From contig CALWHF010000006.1 in assembly GCA_944380305.1 (NCBI GenBank), forward strand, positions 24,422 to 88,421: 64,000 nt of DNA, in the 5' to 3' direction. This DNA comes from an uncultured Christensenellaceae bacterium. GTDB taxonomy: Bacteria > Bacillota > Clostridia > Christensenellales > UBA3700. Below, in pieces: positions 36,195-46,707 of the stretch. The first letter of the stretch is position 1. Each line of letters starts with the position of its first letter. A model generated the notes under the pieces. The model saw only the letters and a program-made list of their open reading frames with translations, did not search any database and was not told the DNA's origin. Both the position numbers and the translations under genes were made by a program.

Positions 36195-36803
36195 ATGAAA
36201 TTAATAGACGAAAAGACAACGTACATTTCGCCTGAGGCGAAAATCGCAGAGACCGCGGTGATCTATCCCAACAATACCATTCTCGGGGATACGGTCATAG
36301 GAGAGAACGCCGTGATCATGCCCAACTGCATAATCGACGGATGCAGGATCGGAGACAACGTAAAGATCACTGCCAGCGTCATGGAAGGCGCGACGATCGC
36401 GGACGGTACTACCGTGGGTCCGTTCGCATATCTGCGCAAGGGGTCGGACGTGGGCAAGGAATGCCGCGTGGGCGATTTCGTGGAGATCAAGAACGCCAGG
36501 ATAGGCAACGGAACCAAGGTCGCGCATCTGACGTATGTCGGTGACTGCGAGCTCGGCGAGAAATGCAATATCGGTTGCGGAGTGGTATTCGTGAACTACG
36601 ACGGCAAGAACAAGCACCGCACAAAAGTGGGGGATCATTGCTTTATCGGCAGCAATTGCAACGTGATAGCTCCCGTGGACATTGCGGACGGCAGTTACAT
36701 CGCGGCGGGCACCACGGTAACGGAAAGCACGCCCAAGGACAGCCTCGTCGTAGGCAGAGCGCGTCAGGTAGTAAAGGAAGGACGCGGAAAAGGAAGATTC
36801 TGA
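36195..36803 (+). CDS. Stand-alone GlmU C-terminal domain (glucosamine-1-phosphate N-acetyltransferase, left-handed beta-helix)
   Basis: VGPFAYLR, GDFVEIKN, HLTYVGD, NIGCG..VNYDG.NKH, FIGSN, IAAGTT, ARQ; no uridylyltransferase domain. Confidence 0.88.
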   Translation: MKLIDEKTTYISPEAKIAETAVIYPNNTILGDTVIGENAVIMPNCIIDGCRIGDNVKITASVMEGATIADGTTVGPFAYLRKGSDVGKECRVGDFVEIKNARIGNGTKVAHLTYVGDCELGEKCNIGCGVVFVNYDGKNKHRTKVGDHCFIGSNCNVIAPVDIADGSYIAAGTTVTESTPKDSLVVGRARQVVKEGRGKGRF

Positions 36804-36816
36804 GAGGTAGAAAGAT

Positions 36817-38118
36817 ATGTATTTCGGAACGGACGGTATAAGAGGCGTAGCCAACGTAGAGCTGACTTGTTCGCTCGCGCTGAGCGCGGGAAACGCGCTG
36901 GCGAGCCTTAAGAAGAATTGCAGAGTACTGATAGGCATGGATACCCGCGTGTCGGGCGATATGCTTTTGCACGCGGTCGCAACGGGCGTCATGCAGGGAG
37001 GCGGAGACGTGCTCGACGTGGGCGTCATGCCTACCGCGGGAATAGCTTATCTGACCCGTTACTACAAGGCGGATTACGGCGTGGTCATAAGCGCGTCGCA
37101 TAATCCTGCCGAATACAACGGCATCAAGGTTTTCGACTCCGAAGGCTACAAACTCGGAGACAAGCGCGAAAGGGATCTCGAGCAGAGAATGGCACAGCCG
37201 CACGTCGCAAAGTCGATCGCGACGGGTAAGTATATATTCATGCACGACGCGGCGGCCGATTACGTCAGATTCCTCGCGACGCAGATAGAAGGACTGAAAG
37301 GACTCAGGGTGCTCGTGGATTGCTCCAACGGGGCGGCAGGCAGGGTCGCAAAGAGCGTGTTCGAACAGGTCGGCGCGAGCGTAGTTGTCATCAATACGTC
37401 TAATGCAGGCATCGACATCAACGAAAACGTAGGCGCGCTGTATGCCTCGAACCTCTCGGACAAAGTCAGGGACGGCGGTTTCGACGTGGGATTCGCCTAC
37501 GACGGCGACGCGGACAGACTCATCGCCGTGGACGAGAACGGGAACGTCGTGGACGGCGACCATCTTCTGTACGTTCTCGCATGCGACGCAAAGAAGAAAG
37601 GCACTCTCGATACGGGGTCGGTCGTGGGTACGCACCATACCAACATGGGCGTGCAGGAGGCACTCGAAAAGCACGGCATAAAGCTGGTAAGAGCGGATAT
37701 AGGCGACAAATATGTTCTCGAACAGATGCTCAAGGACGGTTCTCCTCTCGGAGCCGAGCAGTCCGGGCATATAATTCTCGGCAAGCGCACAACGACGGGA
37801 GACGGTATACTCGCATCGCTCGTGATAGCGCAGATAATCGCGGATTCGGGAAAGACGCTTTCGCAGCTCGATGATGCAGAAGGTTACGCTCAGGCGAACA
37901 TCAACGTACCCGTTTCGGATAAGCTGAGGATAATCAACAGCGAGGCGGTGGCGGCTGAAGTAGGCAAAGTCTACGAGCAGTTGAAAGGACAGGGCAGGGT
38001 GCTTTTGCGCGCTTCGGGCACAGAGCCGAAGATAAGGATAATGGTCGAGTGCAAGAGTGCAGGAAAGGCTAAAACCCTGGCAAAACACCTCGAAAGCGTA
38101 CTGAAAAGTTTAAGGTAA
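36817..38118 (+). CDS. glmM: Phosphoglucosamine mutase
   Basis: YFGTDGIRG, ISASHNP, DGDADR, AEQSGH, RASGTEP. Confidence 0.95.
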   Translation: MYFGTDGIRGVANVELTCSLALSAGNALASLKKNCRVLIGMDTRVSGDMLLHAVATGVMQGGGDVLDVGVMPTAGIAYLTRYYKADYGVVISASHNPAEYNGIKVFDSEGYKLGDKRERDLEQRMAQPHVAKSIATGKYIFMHDAAADYVRFLATQIEGLKGLRVLVDCSNGAAGRVAKSVFEQVGASVVVINTSNAGIDINENVGALYASNLSDKVRDGGFDVGFAYDGDADRLIAVDENGNVVDGDHLLYVLACDAKKKGTLDTGSVVGTHHTNMGVQEALEKHGIKLVRADIGDKYVLEQMLKDGSPLGAEQSGHIILGKRTTTGDGILASLVIAQIIADSGKTLSQLDDAEGYAQANINVPVSDKLRIINSEAVAAEVGKVYEQLKGQGRVLLRASGTEPKIRIMVECKSAGKAKTLAKHLESVLKSLR

Positions 38119-38150
38119 TTTTAATTTTACAAAAATTTTACATTATTTTA

Positions 38151-38179
38151 TTGAAATACAAAATTATAGGTGGTAAAAT
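38151..38179 (+). promoter_or_regulatory. Sigma-A promoter
   Basis: TTGAAA-17-TAAAAT with extended TG. Confidence 0.65.
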
Positions 38180-38238
38180 CTTATTGATAGGGGTTATACT
38201 GCCTATATTTTATTATATAGAAATGTGGAGGTTTGGTT

Positions 38239-41200
38239 ATGAGAAAGAACAGATTTCTGATTCTTGTCGCTCTCGTTCTCGTCTGCGCTCTGTTTGCCGT
38301 TACCGTCATCGGCTGTAACGACAAAACTGCTCAGCCCGGCAACGACACCGATGCGGTCGTACCCGGCGGCGATACGGGAGAGAACGAAGGCAACGAAGAA
38401 ACGGGAGAGGTCGACAATCCCAGCGCGGGAGGCGGCTGGTCGCAAGGCGGCGGCAGCTCTTCTTCCGAAGGTAAGACGTTTGTCATGAACAACGTCGACG
38501 CGTACATAAATTTCGAGGTCAAGGCTGACAGCGCGGACGACATCGTCGTCACCGACGGCAATGACAACGCGATCAACGTCGACATCAAGGGCGGCAACGG
38601 CGTTTACACCGTATGGGCACCCAACGGCGGTTACACGAAGGGTAACATTTACAAGATTAAACTTTCGGGCAATGCGACTTTCGTCAACTACGACGAAGAC
38701 GTGAGAGTCGTCAAATTCTCCATTGCCAACACTGCTAACAACATCAAACTCAATGCGGGTCTTCTGACCTATCCCGAGAGCGCGATCCTCGACAAGCAGG
38801 GCATGCTCGACAGCGAGAAGACCGATGCGGAAGGCGTTACGACCGGTCAGATGGTCCTTCAGATCAATTCCGCAAACGCACTCGAAAAGGGCACCGTCTT
38901 CCTCGTACAGATGAACGACGGCAGTCAGGCTGCTTACAAGGTAGTCTCTTCGTCCGTTTCGGGTATGCAGACCGGCAACTGCCTCGTCAACTACGTCAAG
39001 CCCGATCTCAGCGAGATATTCGAGGAGTTCGAGTACAGCGGCACCAGCAAGATGACCGAGGACAGCAACGTCGATTTCGACTATATGGACGGCAAGGAGA
39101 CTCTTGACAACAGCGAGCTCGCAATGAGCATCGTTTCGATTTTCGGCTCTGCTCCCGAATTCAACGTTTCCACTCCTAAATTCGAAGACGGCAAGGTCAT
39201 CGTAGACATCACGATCACGATCCCCAACGTCGTTACCGTCGAGGGATACGCGTCCAGCAACCTCGTGATCACCGTGCACAACGAGATCGAGGTCGAGGCT
39301 AACGCAAACATCAACAAGGAGACCGTGGCGGAAGCGTTCTCGCTCAGCGCGGTCGTCAGAAACGACATCACCACGACCGTTTCGCTCGGCGCGAACGGCG
39401 GTTATACCGGCTCGGTCAACGTACCCGAGCTGATGGATAAGCTCATCACTCTCGCAAACGAGAGCAGAGACGACGCTACCGCGATCCCGCTGCTCAAGTG
39501 GACCGTTCCCATCGCTAACGGCGTTGCGTCCATCACCTATGACGCGGATCTCGTGTTCAGATTCAGCGTGGCGGGCGACATCAATGCGGCGGCACACGCT
39601 CAGCTCGACTACGAAGTCGGTGTCATGTACACCAAGGCGGACGGCATCGACGCTTACGCGAACGAGCTTGAGGGCAACGGTTTCGACAGCGTCAACGTGA
39701 ACCTCGGCGGTCAGGCAGAACTCAAAGTCGGTCTCAGACAGTCGCTCGGATTTGACGTTCTCGCGGGCGTTCTCGGCATCGGTATCGAGGCTGAAATAGG
39801 CAATTACAACAGACTGTACGGTTACGGAGAATCCTCCAACCTCATCGACGAGGCAGACAATTACTTTGTCGGCGGCGTCTATTTCGAGGGCGGTTTCTAT
39901 TACGACGTAGACCTCAATTACGGCATCAAGATAGGCAGCCTGCTCAATCTCGCTGACAAAGCGGACATCGTGAGCGGTGAGATCAAGGGTTACGAGGCGG
40001 GCAACAGATACCTCGTCCTCGGCGTCGGTGCGACGGTAGAGAAGTATTCGCTGACCGCGCTCAACACCAACGTGCCTTCTATCTACTACAAGAACATGTA
40101 CGACCTGGTCACCAAGTCCAGATACACCGAGGTCGCTGCCGCTGAAGAATTCAACTTCACCAGTGCGAGTGCGGATCTCGTCATCGAAAACAACGTGATC
40201 AAGGTTGGCAAGACCATTGCGGAGACCGACGTCGTTGCGACCTATGCGGCAAACAACGATCTCAGCGTACTCGTCAAATACGACTTCTCGCTCAGCAAGC
40301 CCGTTCTCGAAAACGATACGATCGTTCTCAGCAAGGGTGCTTACTCCAAGGCTGACGCTACCGTGACGTTCGGCGTCAGATATGACGGCTTTGTCAGCGG
40401 TGCGGCAAGCGTTACCAGCGCGACCGAAGGCGTTGACCTCAGCGTGGTTTCCACCGACGGCAACAAGGCGACCGTATCCGTTCCCGTCAAGCAGCTGCTC
40501 GTTCTCAGCAACGGCATCAACGAGATCGACATGGTCGTGGACGGCAATGACCTGACTCTCAACGTGGACGTACAGGGCAAGGTTGTCTGGAATCAGTTTG
40601 CTAACGGCAACGAATACAGCATCTTCACCGCAGATCAGATACTCGACATGATCGACAGCAAGGCGTCTTTCGACGGCGTTGTTCTGACGATCACCGACAA
40701 TATCGACATGAAGGGCGCGGAGATAGCTCCGATCACCACCTTCAACGGCGTTCTCCAGGGTAACGGAAAGACGATCTCCAACTACACCGTAAACGCTTTC
40801 GCGGGTGAGAATGCGGGCTTCGTCGGCACCAACAACGGCACGATCGACAACATCGTATTCGCGGGCGACGTCAATGTGGCTCTCGAGGCGACCACCGGTA
40901 AGGATTACGCGGTTGCGGGTATAGCGGCTGTCAACAAGGGCACCGTCAGCAACTGCAAGTACGTCGGCGACGTCAACGTATATTCGTACGGTCTCGCGGC
41001 ATTCGTAGACTTCGACGTAGCGGCTGTTACCGCTGTCAACGAAGGCACGCTGACCGCAAACGGCGCGGCTGAAGAGCTGACGACCGTCAAAGTCACCGTC
41101 AAGTTCGACCTCGCAAACGTCTCCGTGAACATAGGCGATACGACCTCCACGAGCAACGACATCGCTACCGTGGTCAAGGCGATCTCCTGTGAGAAGGGTG

Positions 41201-41241
41201 TCAAGGACGTACCTGTCGTAACCAAACACAATGTGAAATAA
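38239..41241 (+). CDS. Large multidomain surface lipoprotein with C-terminal GLUG-like beta-helix region
   Basis: Lipobox VIG-C, low-complexity linker, beta-rich domains, ITDNIDM...FNGVLQGNGKTISN...GFVGTNNGTI...AGIAAVNKGTVSNC. ATG 38239 after GGAGG. Confidence 0.8.
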   Translation: MRKNRFLILVALVLVCALFAVTVIGCNDKTAQPGNDTDAVVPGGDTGENEGNEETGEVDNPSAGGGWSQGGGSSSSEGKTFVMNNVDAYINFEVKADSADDIVVTDGNDNAINVDIKGGNGVYTVWAPNGGYTKGNIYKIKLSGNATFVNYDEDVRVVKFSIANTANNIKLNAGLLTYPESAILDKQGMLDSEKTDAEGVTTGQMVLQINSANALEKGTVFLVQMNDGSQAAYKVVSSSVSGMQTGNCLVNYVKPDLSEIFEEFEYSGTSKMTEDSNVDFDYMDGKETLDNSELAMSIVSIFGSAPEFNVSTPKFEDGKVIVDITITIPNVVTVEGYASSNLVITVHNEIEVEANANINKETVAEAFSLSAVVRNDITTTVSLGANGGYTGSVNVPELMDKLITLANESRDDATAIPLLKWTVPIANGVASITYDADLVFRFSVAGDINAAAHAQLDYEVGVMYTKADGIDAYANELEGNGFDSVNVNLGGQAELKVGLRQSLGFDVLAGVLGIGIEAEIGNYNRLYGYGESSNLIDEADNYFVGGVYFEGGFYYDVDLNYGIKIGSLLNLADKADIVSGEIKGYEAGNRYLVLGVGATVEKYSLTALNTNVPSIYYKNMYDLVTKSRYTEVAAAEEFNFTSASADLVIENNVIKVGKTIAETDVVATYAANNDLSVLVKYDFSLSKPVLENDTIVLSKGAYSKADATVTFGVRYDGFVSGAASVTSATEGVDLSVVSTDGNKATVSVPVKQLLVLSNGINEIDMVVDGNDLTLNVDVQGKVVWNQFANGNEYSIFTADQILDMIDSKASFDGVVLTITDNIDMKGAEIAPITTFNGVLQGNGKTISNYTVNAFAGENAGFVGTNNGTIDNIVFAGDVNVALEATTGKDYAVAGIAAVNKGTVSNCKYVGDVNVYSYGLAAFVDFDVAAVTAVNEGTLTANGAAEELTTVKVTVKFDLANVSVNIGDTTSTSNDIATVVKAISCEKGVKDVPVVTKHNVK

Positions 41242-41256
41242 TCGGGACTTTCCGGT

Positions 41257-41293
41257 AAAAACGGGGCAGTCGAAAGGCTGTCCCGTATTTTTT
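41257..41293 (+). terminator. Rho-independent terminator
   Basis: acggggcagtc-gaaa-ggctgtcccgt followed by a T-tract. Confidence 0.8.
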
Positions 41294-41380
41294 ACGCCGT
41301 TACACACATTTTGTGCCGTGAAAATTGACTGAAAGGAATAAATAAATTATAATAAAATAAACAAACGTGCGGAGAAATTT

Positions 41381-42559
41381 ATGAAAAAGGTTTTGATTTT
41401 GACTATTTGTTTCGTGCTTATCGTATCTTCGCTTACGCTTGCGGTGGCATGCGACAACAACGATAAAGCAGGTTCGGTCAGAGAAGTGGATATGTCTTTG
41501 CGCACAGATACGAAGTACGGGCTTTATTGGTACGGCGACAGCGGTGAGCTCGACGATGCTGTGATCTCTGCCGAGAACCTGCCGACGCAATACTACGATC
41601 CGTCCAAGCCGACGCTGATATATTCCCACGGCTGGAAACCCGCAGGCGAAGACAAAGAAACGCTGTCGACTCTCGCCAAGACCTATTCCAAGACCGGAGG
41701 GGATTCGGGCAACGTCAATTACGTCAAGGAGCTCAAGGAGCTGGGCTATAACGTGGCTTTCTGGGACTGGCATGACTACGCTAAAGATCTCGATATGTTG
41801 CATAATGAGATATGGGTCGTGAGATCGGCAGAGAATATCGAAGATAAAGACAGCAATTACTATGCGGCGGTATCCGCTCTCGACGGGAGATCGTTTGCGG
41901 GCGAACTCGTCAGATCGATGTGTGCCGTAATGAAAGACGCGACCGATCAGGAGGTCGTATTGGTCGGTCATTCTTTCGGCGGTCAGATGGTTACCGCGGC
42001 GGCATATACTTTGTATAAACTGGCGGAAGAAGGAGTGATTACCAATAAAAACATCCTTCCCGACAGGGTCTCTCTTGCAGATCCCTATATGACAGGCGTC
42101 AATATGTCGGGACAGATGGACATGCTCGAAGAAAGCATATCGAGTCAGCCCGTTGCGAAAAAGGCTGCCGATTCGTTCGAATATGTAAATTCGCAGGGTG
42201 CGGTCATTGACTTCAACGGTGCGATGAATACCATAACATACAACGCGTACGAGGGGATTACGGGCATAAAGGATAAAGAACTGCGTGCACAGGTCACCGA
42301 AAAGATCAAGAACAATACTGTTTATATACTGCAAAAATGTCTGACGAGAGCATACGGCGGTATGGGAGACGTCCACAACGTGTCTCGCGATTATGTCCTG
42401 ACCTGCTTTATAGAGGGAAAGAAAGGCAATATTACCGCAGTCCCCAACGTCTCTATGACGGCGAGTGAGCTCAAGGCTTACGTCGGCAGACAATTCGATC
42501 TTAACGGCGAAGGTTTCCTTATAGAGGAATATTCGGCGACCGAAGTCGTTGCCGATTGA
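41381..42559 (+). CDS. Lipoprotein alpha/beta hydrolase (lipase/esterase-like)
   Basis: Lipobox AVA-C, PTLIYSHGW oxyanion motif, VGHSFGG nucleophile elbow, LADP. Confidence 0.82.
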   Translation: MKKVLILTICFVLIVSSLTLAVACDNNDKAGSVREVDMSLRTDTKYGLYWYGDSGELDDAVISAENLPTQYYDPSKPTLIYSHGWKPAGEDKETLSTLAKTYSKTGGDSGNVNYVKELKELGYNVAFWDWHDYAKDLDMLHNEIWVVRSAENIEDKDSNYYAAVSALDGRSFAGELVRSMCAVMKDATDQEVVLVGHSFGGQMVTAAAYTLYKLAEEGVITNKNILPDRVSLADPYMTGVNMSGQMDMLEESISSQPVAKKAADSFEYVNSQGAVIDFNGAMNTITYNAYEGITGIKDKELRAQVTEKIKNNTVYILQKCLTRAYGGMGDVHNVSRDYVLTCFIEGKKGNITAVPNVSMTASELKAYVGRQFDLNGEGFLIEEYSATEVVAD

Positions 42560-42590
42560 CGTCTGTTTGCAGCTATTCAATAAAGATATG

Positions 42591-42621
42591 AGACGTCCGC
42601 GTTTTCGCGGACGTCTTTTTT
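42591..42621 (+). terminator. Rho-independent terminator
   Basis: agacgtccgcg-tttt-cgcggacgtct followed by a T-tract. Confidence 0.85.
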
Positions 42622-42896
42622 ATCCGAAAGCGAGGATCGTAAACCGTCGCCAGATATACGACGCGGTCATAATGCGGGTAAATATTTATAGAAAAAGACG
42701 GTGTCTAGCAAAACCTTCGCCAATTTCGGGGGAGAGGAGTCAGCATCGCATTCTGAGCCTGCTCGGGACGATCTGAGGACAAACCGCCGTGCGGACGAAT
42801 GCGACGCTTTGACGATGCGATTTCGTCTTATTCGGCGTCTGGCGGCGTTTACGCGCGTGCGCGGGCGCGTGCAGATGACCTGTTTGATTGCGAATA

Positions 42897-43042
42897 CATG
42901 AATAATATCGCGCATAATTGCATAAAAATACGGCAATTTGTATAAATTGACTGTTGCGCATATATAATACTGTAATTTTTATAAAAAAATTGTGAATAAA
43001 TATGTCAAAATGCTTGCAATAAAAATTTATTTGTTATAATAT
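42897..43042 (+). promoter_or_regulatory. ARG boxes (ArgR) and promoter of the arg operon
   Basis: TGAATA/TGCATA/TGTATA half-sites at 42899, 42919 and 42939 (20-bp period), and tgtgaataaatatgtca at 42991. TTGCAA at 43014 with TATAAT/TAATAT at 43035-43042. Confidence 0.65.
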
Positions 43043-43072
43043 AGTTACAACAAACGCACGAGAGGTGTATTT

Positions 43073-44287
43073 ATGGATAAGATCAAAAAAGTCGTATTGG
43101 CATATTCGGGAGGTCTTGATACCTCGATAATCATTCCGTGGCTCAAGGAGAATTATGATGGCTGCGAGGTCATCGCTGTCGCGGGCAACGTGGGTCAGGG
43201 CGCGGAGCTCAAGGGGCTCGAAGAAAAGGCGATCAAGACGGGCGCGAGCAAACTTTACATCGCCGATCTGACCGACGAATTCGTCGACGATTATATTTTC
43301 CCGACGCTCAAGGCGGGCGCGGTTTACGAGAACAAATATCTGCTCGGCACGAGCTTTGCCCGTCCTATAATCGCAAAGAGGATCGTTGAGATCGCTCTTG
43401 CCGAAGGCGCGGACGCTATCTGCCACGGTTGCACGGGCAAGGGCAACGATCAGGTGAGATTCGAGCTGACGATCAAGGCGTTCGCTCCCAACATGAAGAT
43501 AATCGCTCCCTGGCGTATATGGGATCTCAAGTCGAGAGACGAGGAGATCGACTATGCAGAGGCACACAACGTACCTCTTGCGATCAACAGAGAGACCAAC
43601 TACAGCAAAGACAAGAACATCTGGCACCTGTCTCACGAAGGTCTCGATCTCGAGAATCCTGCAAACGAGCCGAATTACGACAAAATACTCGAGCTCGGCG
43701 TCAGCCCCGAGAAAGCTCCCGACAAGGCGACCTACGTCACCATCGGTTTCGAGAAGGGCGTGCCCGTATCCATCGACGGCAAGAAGATGAAGGGCAGCGA
43801 CATAGTCGCGTATCTGAACAAGGTCGGCGGCGAGAACGGTATCGGTATCGCGGACATCGTCGAGAACAGACTCGTCGGAATGAAGTCGCGCGGCGTATAC
43901 GAGACACCCGGCGGCACGATACTCTATCATGCTCACGAAGTGCTCGAGACGCTGTGTCTCGACAAGGAGACCGCTCATTTCAAGCAGCACGTTGCGGTCA
44001 AGTTCGCTGATCTCGTTTACAACGGTCAGTGGTTCACTCCGCTGAGAGAGGCTCTCAGCGCGTTCGTGGACAGCACTCAGCAGACCGTTACGGGCGAAGT
44101 AAAACTCAAGCTCTACAAGGGCAACATAATCAACGCGGGCGTGACCAGTCCGTACTCGCTGTACGACGAGGACATCGCGACTTTTGCGGAAGACGAATGC
44201 TACGACCAGAAGGACAGCGCGGGCTTCATCAACCTGTTCGGGCTGCCGATAAAGGTCAACGCACTTATGAAGGCTAAGAAAAAATAA
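43073..44287 (+). CDS. argG: Argininosuccinate synthase
   Basis: [33 protein letters not shown]. Confidence 0.97.
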   Translation: MDKIKKVVLAYSGGLDTSIIIPWLKENYDGCEVIAVAGNVGQGAELKGLEEKAIKTGASKLYIADLTDEFVDDYIFPTLKAGAVYENKYLLGTSFARPIIAKRIVEIALAEGADAICHGCTGKGNDQVRFELTIKAFAPNMKIIAPWRIWDLKSRDEEIDYAEAHNVPLAINRETNYSKDKNIWHLSHEGLDLENPANEPNYDKILELGVSPEKAPDKATYVTIGFEKGVPVSIDGKKMKGSDIVAYLNKVGGENGIGIADIVENRLVGMKSRGVYETPGGTILYHAHEVLETLCLDKETAHFKQHVAVKFADLVYNGQWFTPLREALSAFVDSTQQTVTGEVKLKLYKGNIINAGVTSPYSLYDEDIATFAEDECYDQKDSAGFINLFGLPIKVNALMKAKKK

Positions 44288-45675
44288 TGGCAAAAATGTG
44301 GCAAGGACGGTTTTCGAAGGAACTCGACGAGAAGGTCAACGACTTCAATAGTTCGATTTCCTTTGACAGCCGTATGTACAAAGAAGATATATCGGGCAGT
44401 ATAATACACGCGACGATGCTCGGCAAAAAGGGTATCATATCCGAAGAAGACAGCCGACTGATAGGCAAAGAGCTTTCCGCTATCTATGAAGAAATAGAGA
44501 GCGGAAAACTCGCTTTTGACCCGACCGCGGAAGACATACACATGTTCATCGAATCCGTGCTGACCGAAAGGCTCGGAGAGGTGGGCAAGAGACTGCACAC
44601 CGCGCGTTCGAGGAACGACCAGGTCGCTCTCGACCTCAGGATGTATCTGAGGGGTCAGATAGATCGGATCGTCGGCATGATAAAGGCTCTGATAAAGACG
44701 CTTGTCGATAAGGCTGAAGAGAATCTCGAGACGGTCATGCCGGGATATACGCACCTTCAGAGGGCGCAACCGATCACGTTCGCGCATCACCTGATGGCGT
44801 ACGTCGAGATGTTCAAGCGCGATATGGTCAGGATGTTCAACTGTTTTTCGCTGATGAACGAGTGCCCGCTCGGCAGCGGTGCGCTGGCGACCACGACCTA
44901 TCCGATAGACAGAGAGTTCACGGCAAAGCACCTGGGTTTCGACAATCCGACTTACAACAGCCTTGACGGCGTCAGCGACCGCGACTACGCGATAGAACTT
45001 GCGAGTGCGATCTCGATATGCATGACACATCTTTCGAGACTTTCAGAAGAGATCGTGCTGTGGAGCAGCTGGGAGTTCAAGTTCATAGAGCTTGACGACG
45101 CGTATGCGACGGGTTCCAGCATAATGCCCCAGAAGAAGAATCCCGACATCTGCGAGCTGATACGCGGCAAGACGGGCAGGGTCAACGGCAATCTGACGAC
45201 GTTGCTTACGATGATGAAGGGACTGCCGCTTGCATACAACAAGGATATGCAGGAGGACAAAGAGGCGATATTCGACAGCGTGGACACGGTGAAGCTGTGC
45301 CTTTCGACGATAAAACCGATGCTCGACACGATGACCGTCAACAAGGAAAACATGAAAAAGGCGGGCGAAAAGGGCTTTATCAACGCCACGGACTGTGCGG
45401 ATTACCTGGTCAAAAAGGGACTGGCTTTCCGCGACGCGTACAAGATAGTCGGCACTCTTGTCGGAATTTGCGTGGACAAGGGTACAACGCTTGACAAACT
45501 CGACCTTGCCGAGTATAAAAAGATATGCGACGTTTTCGAGGCGGACGTCTACGAGGCGATAGATCTCGCGACGTGCGTCAAGGGACGCAACGTGACGGGC
45601 GGACCCGCGCCCGAAGCGGTAAAAAAACATATAGAACTGATAAAGAGTACCGTTCTCAAAGAGGAGAAAGAATGA
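44287..45675 (+). CDS. argH: Argininosuccinate lyase
   Basis: HTARSRNDQ, PGYTHLQ, GSSIMPQKKNPD. Confidence 0.97.
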   Translation: MAKMWQGRFSKELDEKVNDFNSSISFDSRMYKEDISGSIIHATMLGKKGIISEEDSRLIGKELSAIYEEIESGKLAFDPTAEDIHMFIESVLTERLGEVGKRLHTARSRNDQVALDLRMYLRGQIDRIVGMIKALIKTLVDKAEENLETVMPGYTHLQRAQPITFAHHLMAYVEMFKRDMVRMFNCFSLMNECPLGSGALATTTYPIDREFTAKHLGFDNPTYNSLDGVSDRDYAIELASAISICMTHLSRLSEEIVLWSSWEFKFIELDDAYATGSSIMPQKKNPDICELIRGKTGRVNGNLTTLLTMMKGLPLAYNKDMQEDKEAIFDSVDTVKLCLSTIKPMLDTMTVNKENMKKAGEKGFINATDCADYLVKKGLAFRDAYKIVGTLVGICVDKGTTLDKLDLAEYKKICDVFEADVYEAIDLATCVKGRNVTGGPAPEAVKKHIELIKSTVLKEEKE

Positions 45676-46706
45676 TAAAAGCAGGAATAGTCGGTGCGAC
45701 GGGTTACGCGGGCGTTGAGCTTGTCAGGCTGTTGCAGTCGCATCCCGAAGTCAGAATAACCGGCATCAGCTCGGTCAGCTACGAGGGCAAGAGCATAAGC
45801 GAGGTGTACCCCAATCTTTACGGGATATGCGACGACACGCTCGAGTCCGAAGACGCGCTCGTAGACAAATGCGACGTCATATTCGCGTCGTTGCCGCACG
45901 GTCTCAGCGAAAGGCTCGCGAAGAAGTGCGTCGCGAAAGGCGTAAAACTGATCGACCTCGGTGCGGACTTCAGACTGGACAGCGAAGAAGAATACTCGAA
46001 GTGGTATAAAAAAAGCTACGAAGAGAAGGATCTGCACGCAAAGAGCGTATACCTGATCCCCGAGCTTATGCGCGCTCAGTATAACGGTCAGCCGATAATC
46101 GGCAATCCCGGTTGCTATCCGACGAGCATCGCGCTCGGGCTTGCTCCGCTTATGCAGAGCGGCATCGTCAAAGACGACGGGATAGTCATAGACAGCAAGT
46201 CGGGCGTTACGGGCGCGGGCAGAGGTCTTGCTGACAACACGCATTATCCCAACTGCAACGAGGCGTTCTCGCCGTACAAGATCGCGGCGCACAGGCATAC
46301 TCCGGAGATAGAGCAGACTTTGTCCAAGCTCGCGGGCAAAAAGGTCAACGTGACGTTCGTGCCGCATCTTCTTCCCGTGAACAGGGGCATAGTCTCCACG
46401 ATATACGCATCTCTGACGGCGGAAGTCGGCGCGGAGGAGCTGCACAAGCTGTATACCGATTTTTACGCGCGCGAAAAGTTCGTACGCGTATTACCTCTCG
46501 GCAAGGTGGCGAATCTGCGCGACGTCAGGATGAGCAACTACTGCGATATATCCGTTCACGTCGACGGACACACGAACAGGGCAATAATCGTCGCCGCGAT
46601 AGACAACATGGTCAAAGGCGCGGCGGGTCAGGCTATACAGAATATGAACATAATGTTCGGATTAAAGGAGGATTGCGGTCTGGATTTCGTTCCGCCCGCT
46701 TTTTAA
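45672..46706 (+). CDS. argC: N-acetyl-gamma-glutamyl-phosphate reductase
   Basis: GATGYAG, NPGCYPT, SGVTGAG, DNMVKGAAGQA. ATG 45672 after GAGGAG. Confidence 0.96.
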   Translation: MIKAGIVGATGYAGVELVRLLQSHPEVRITGISSVSYEGKSISEVYPNLYGICDDTLESEDALVDKCDVIFASLPHGLSERLAKKCVAKGVKLIDLGADFRLDSEEEYSKWYKKSYEEKDLHAKSVYLIPELMRAQYNGQPIIGNPGCYPTSIALGLAPLMQSGIVKDDGIVIDSKSGVTGAGRGLADNTHYPNCNEAFSPYKIAAHRHTPEIEQTLSKLAGKKVNVTFVPHLLPVNRGIVSTIYASLTAEVGAEELHKLYTDFYAREKFVRVLPLGKVANLRDVRMSNYCDISVHVDGHTNRAIIVAAIDNMVKGAAGQAIQNMNIMFGLKEDCGLDFVPPAF

Positions 46707-46707
46707 G

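Noticed and set aside
36195-36803. glmU pseudogene from truncation or frameshift
   Set aside because: It has a clean SD and ATG at the domain boundary, intact motifs, and no N-domain remnant upstream.
38203-41307. 1034-aa antisense ORF, and similar long antisense ORFs (29602-32490, 52749-54824, 13185-14921, 8638-10059, 62884-63963)
   Set aside because: These are shadows of real genes with strong C/G third-position bias, which removes stops on the opposite strand. They have no recognisable motifs or RBS.
42622-42890. Possible T-box, riboswitch or small ORF upstream of argG
   Set aside because: No T-box or known aptamer motifs. The region lies upstream of the predicted promoter, and the short ORFs lack RBS and coding character.
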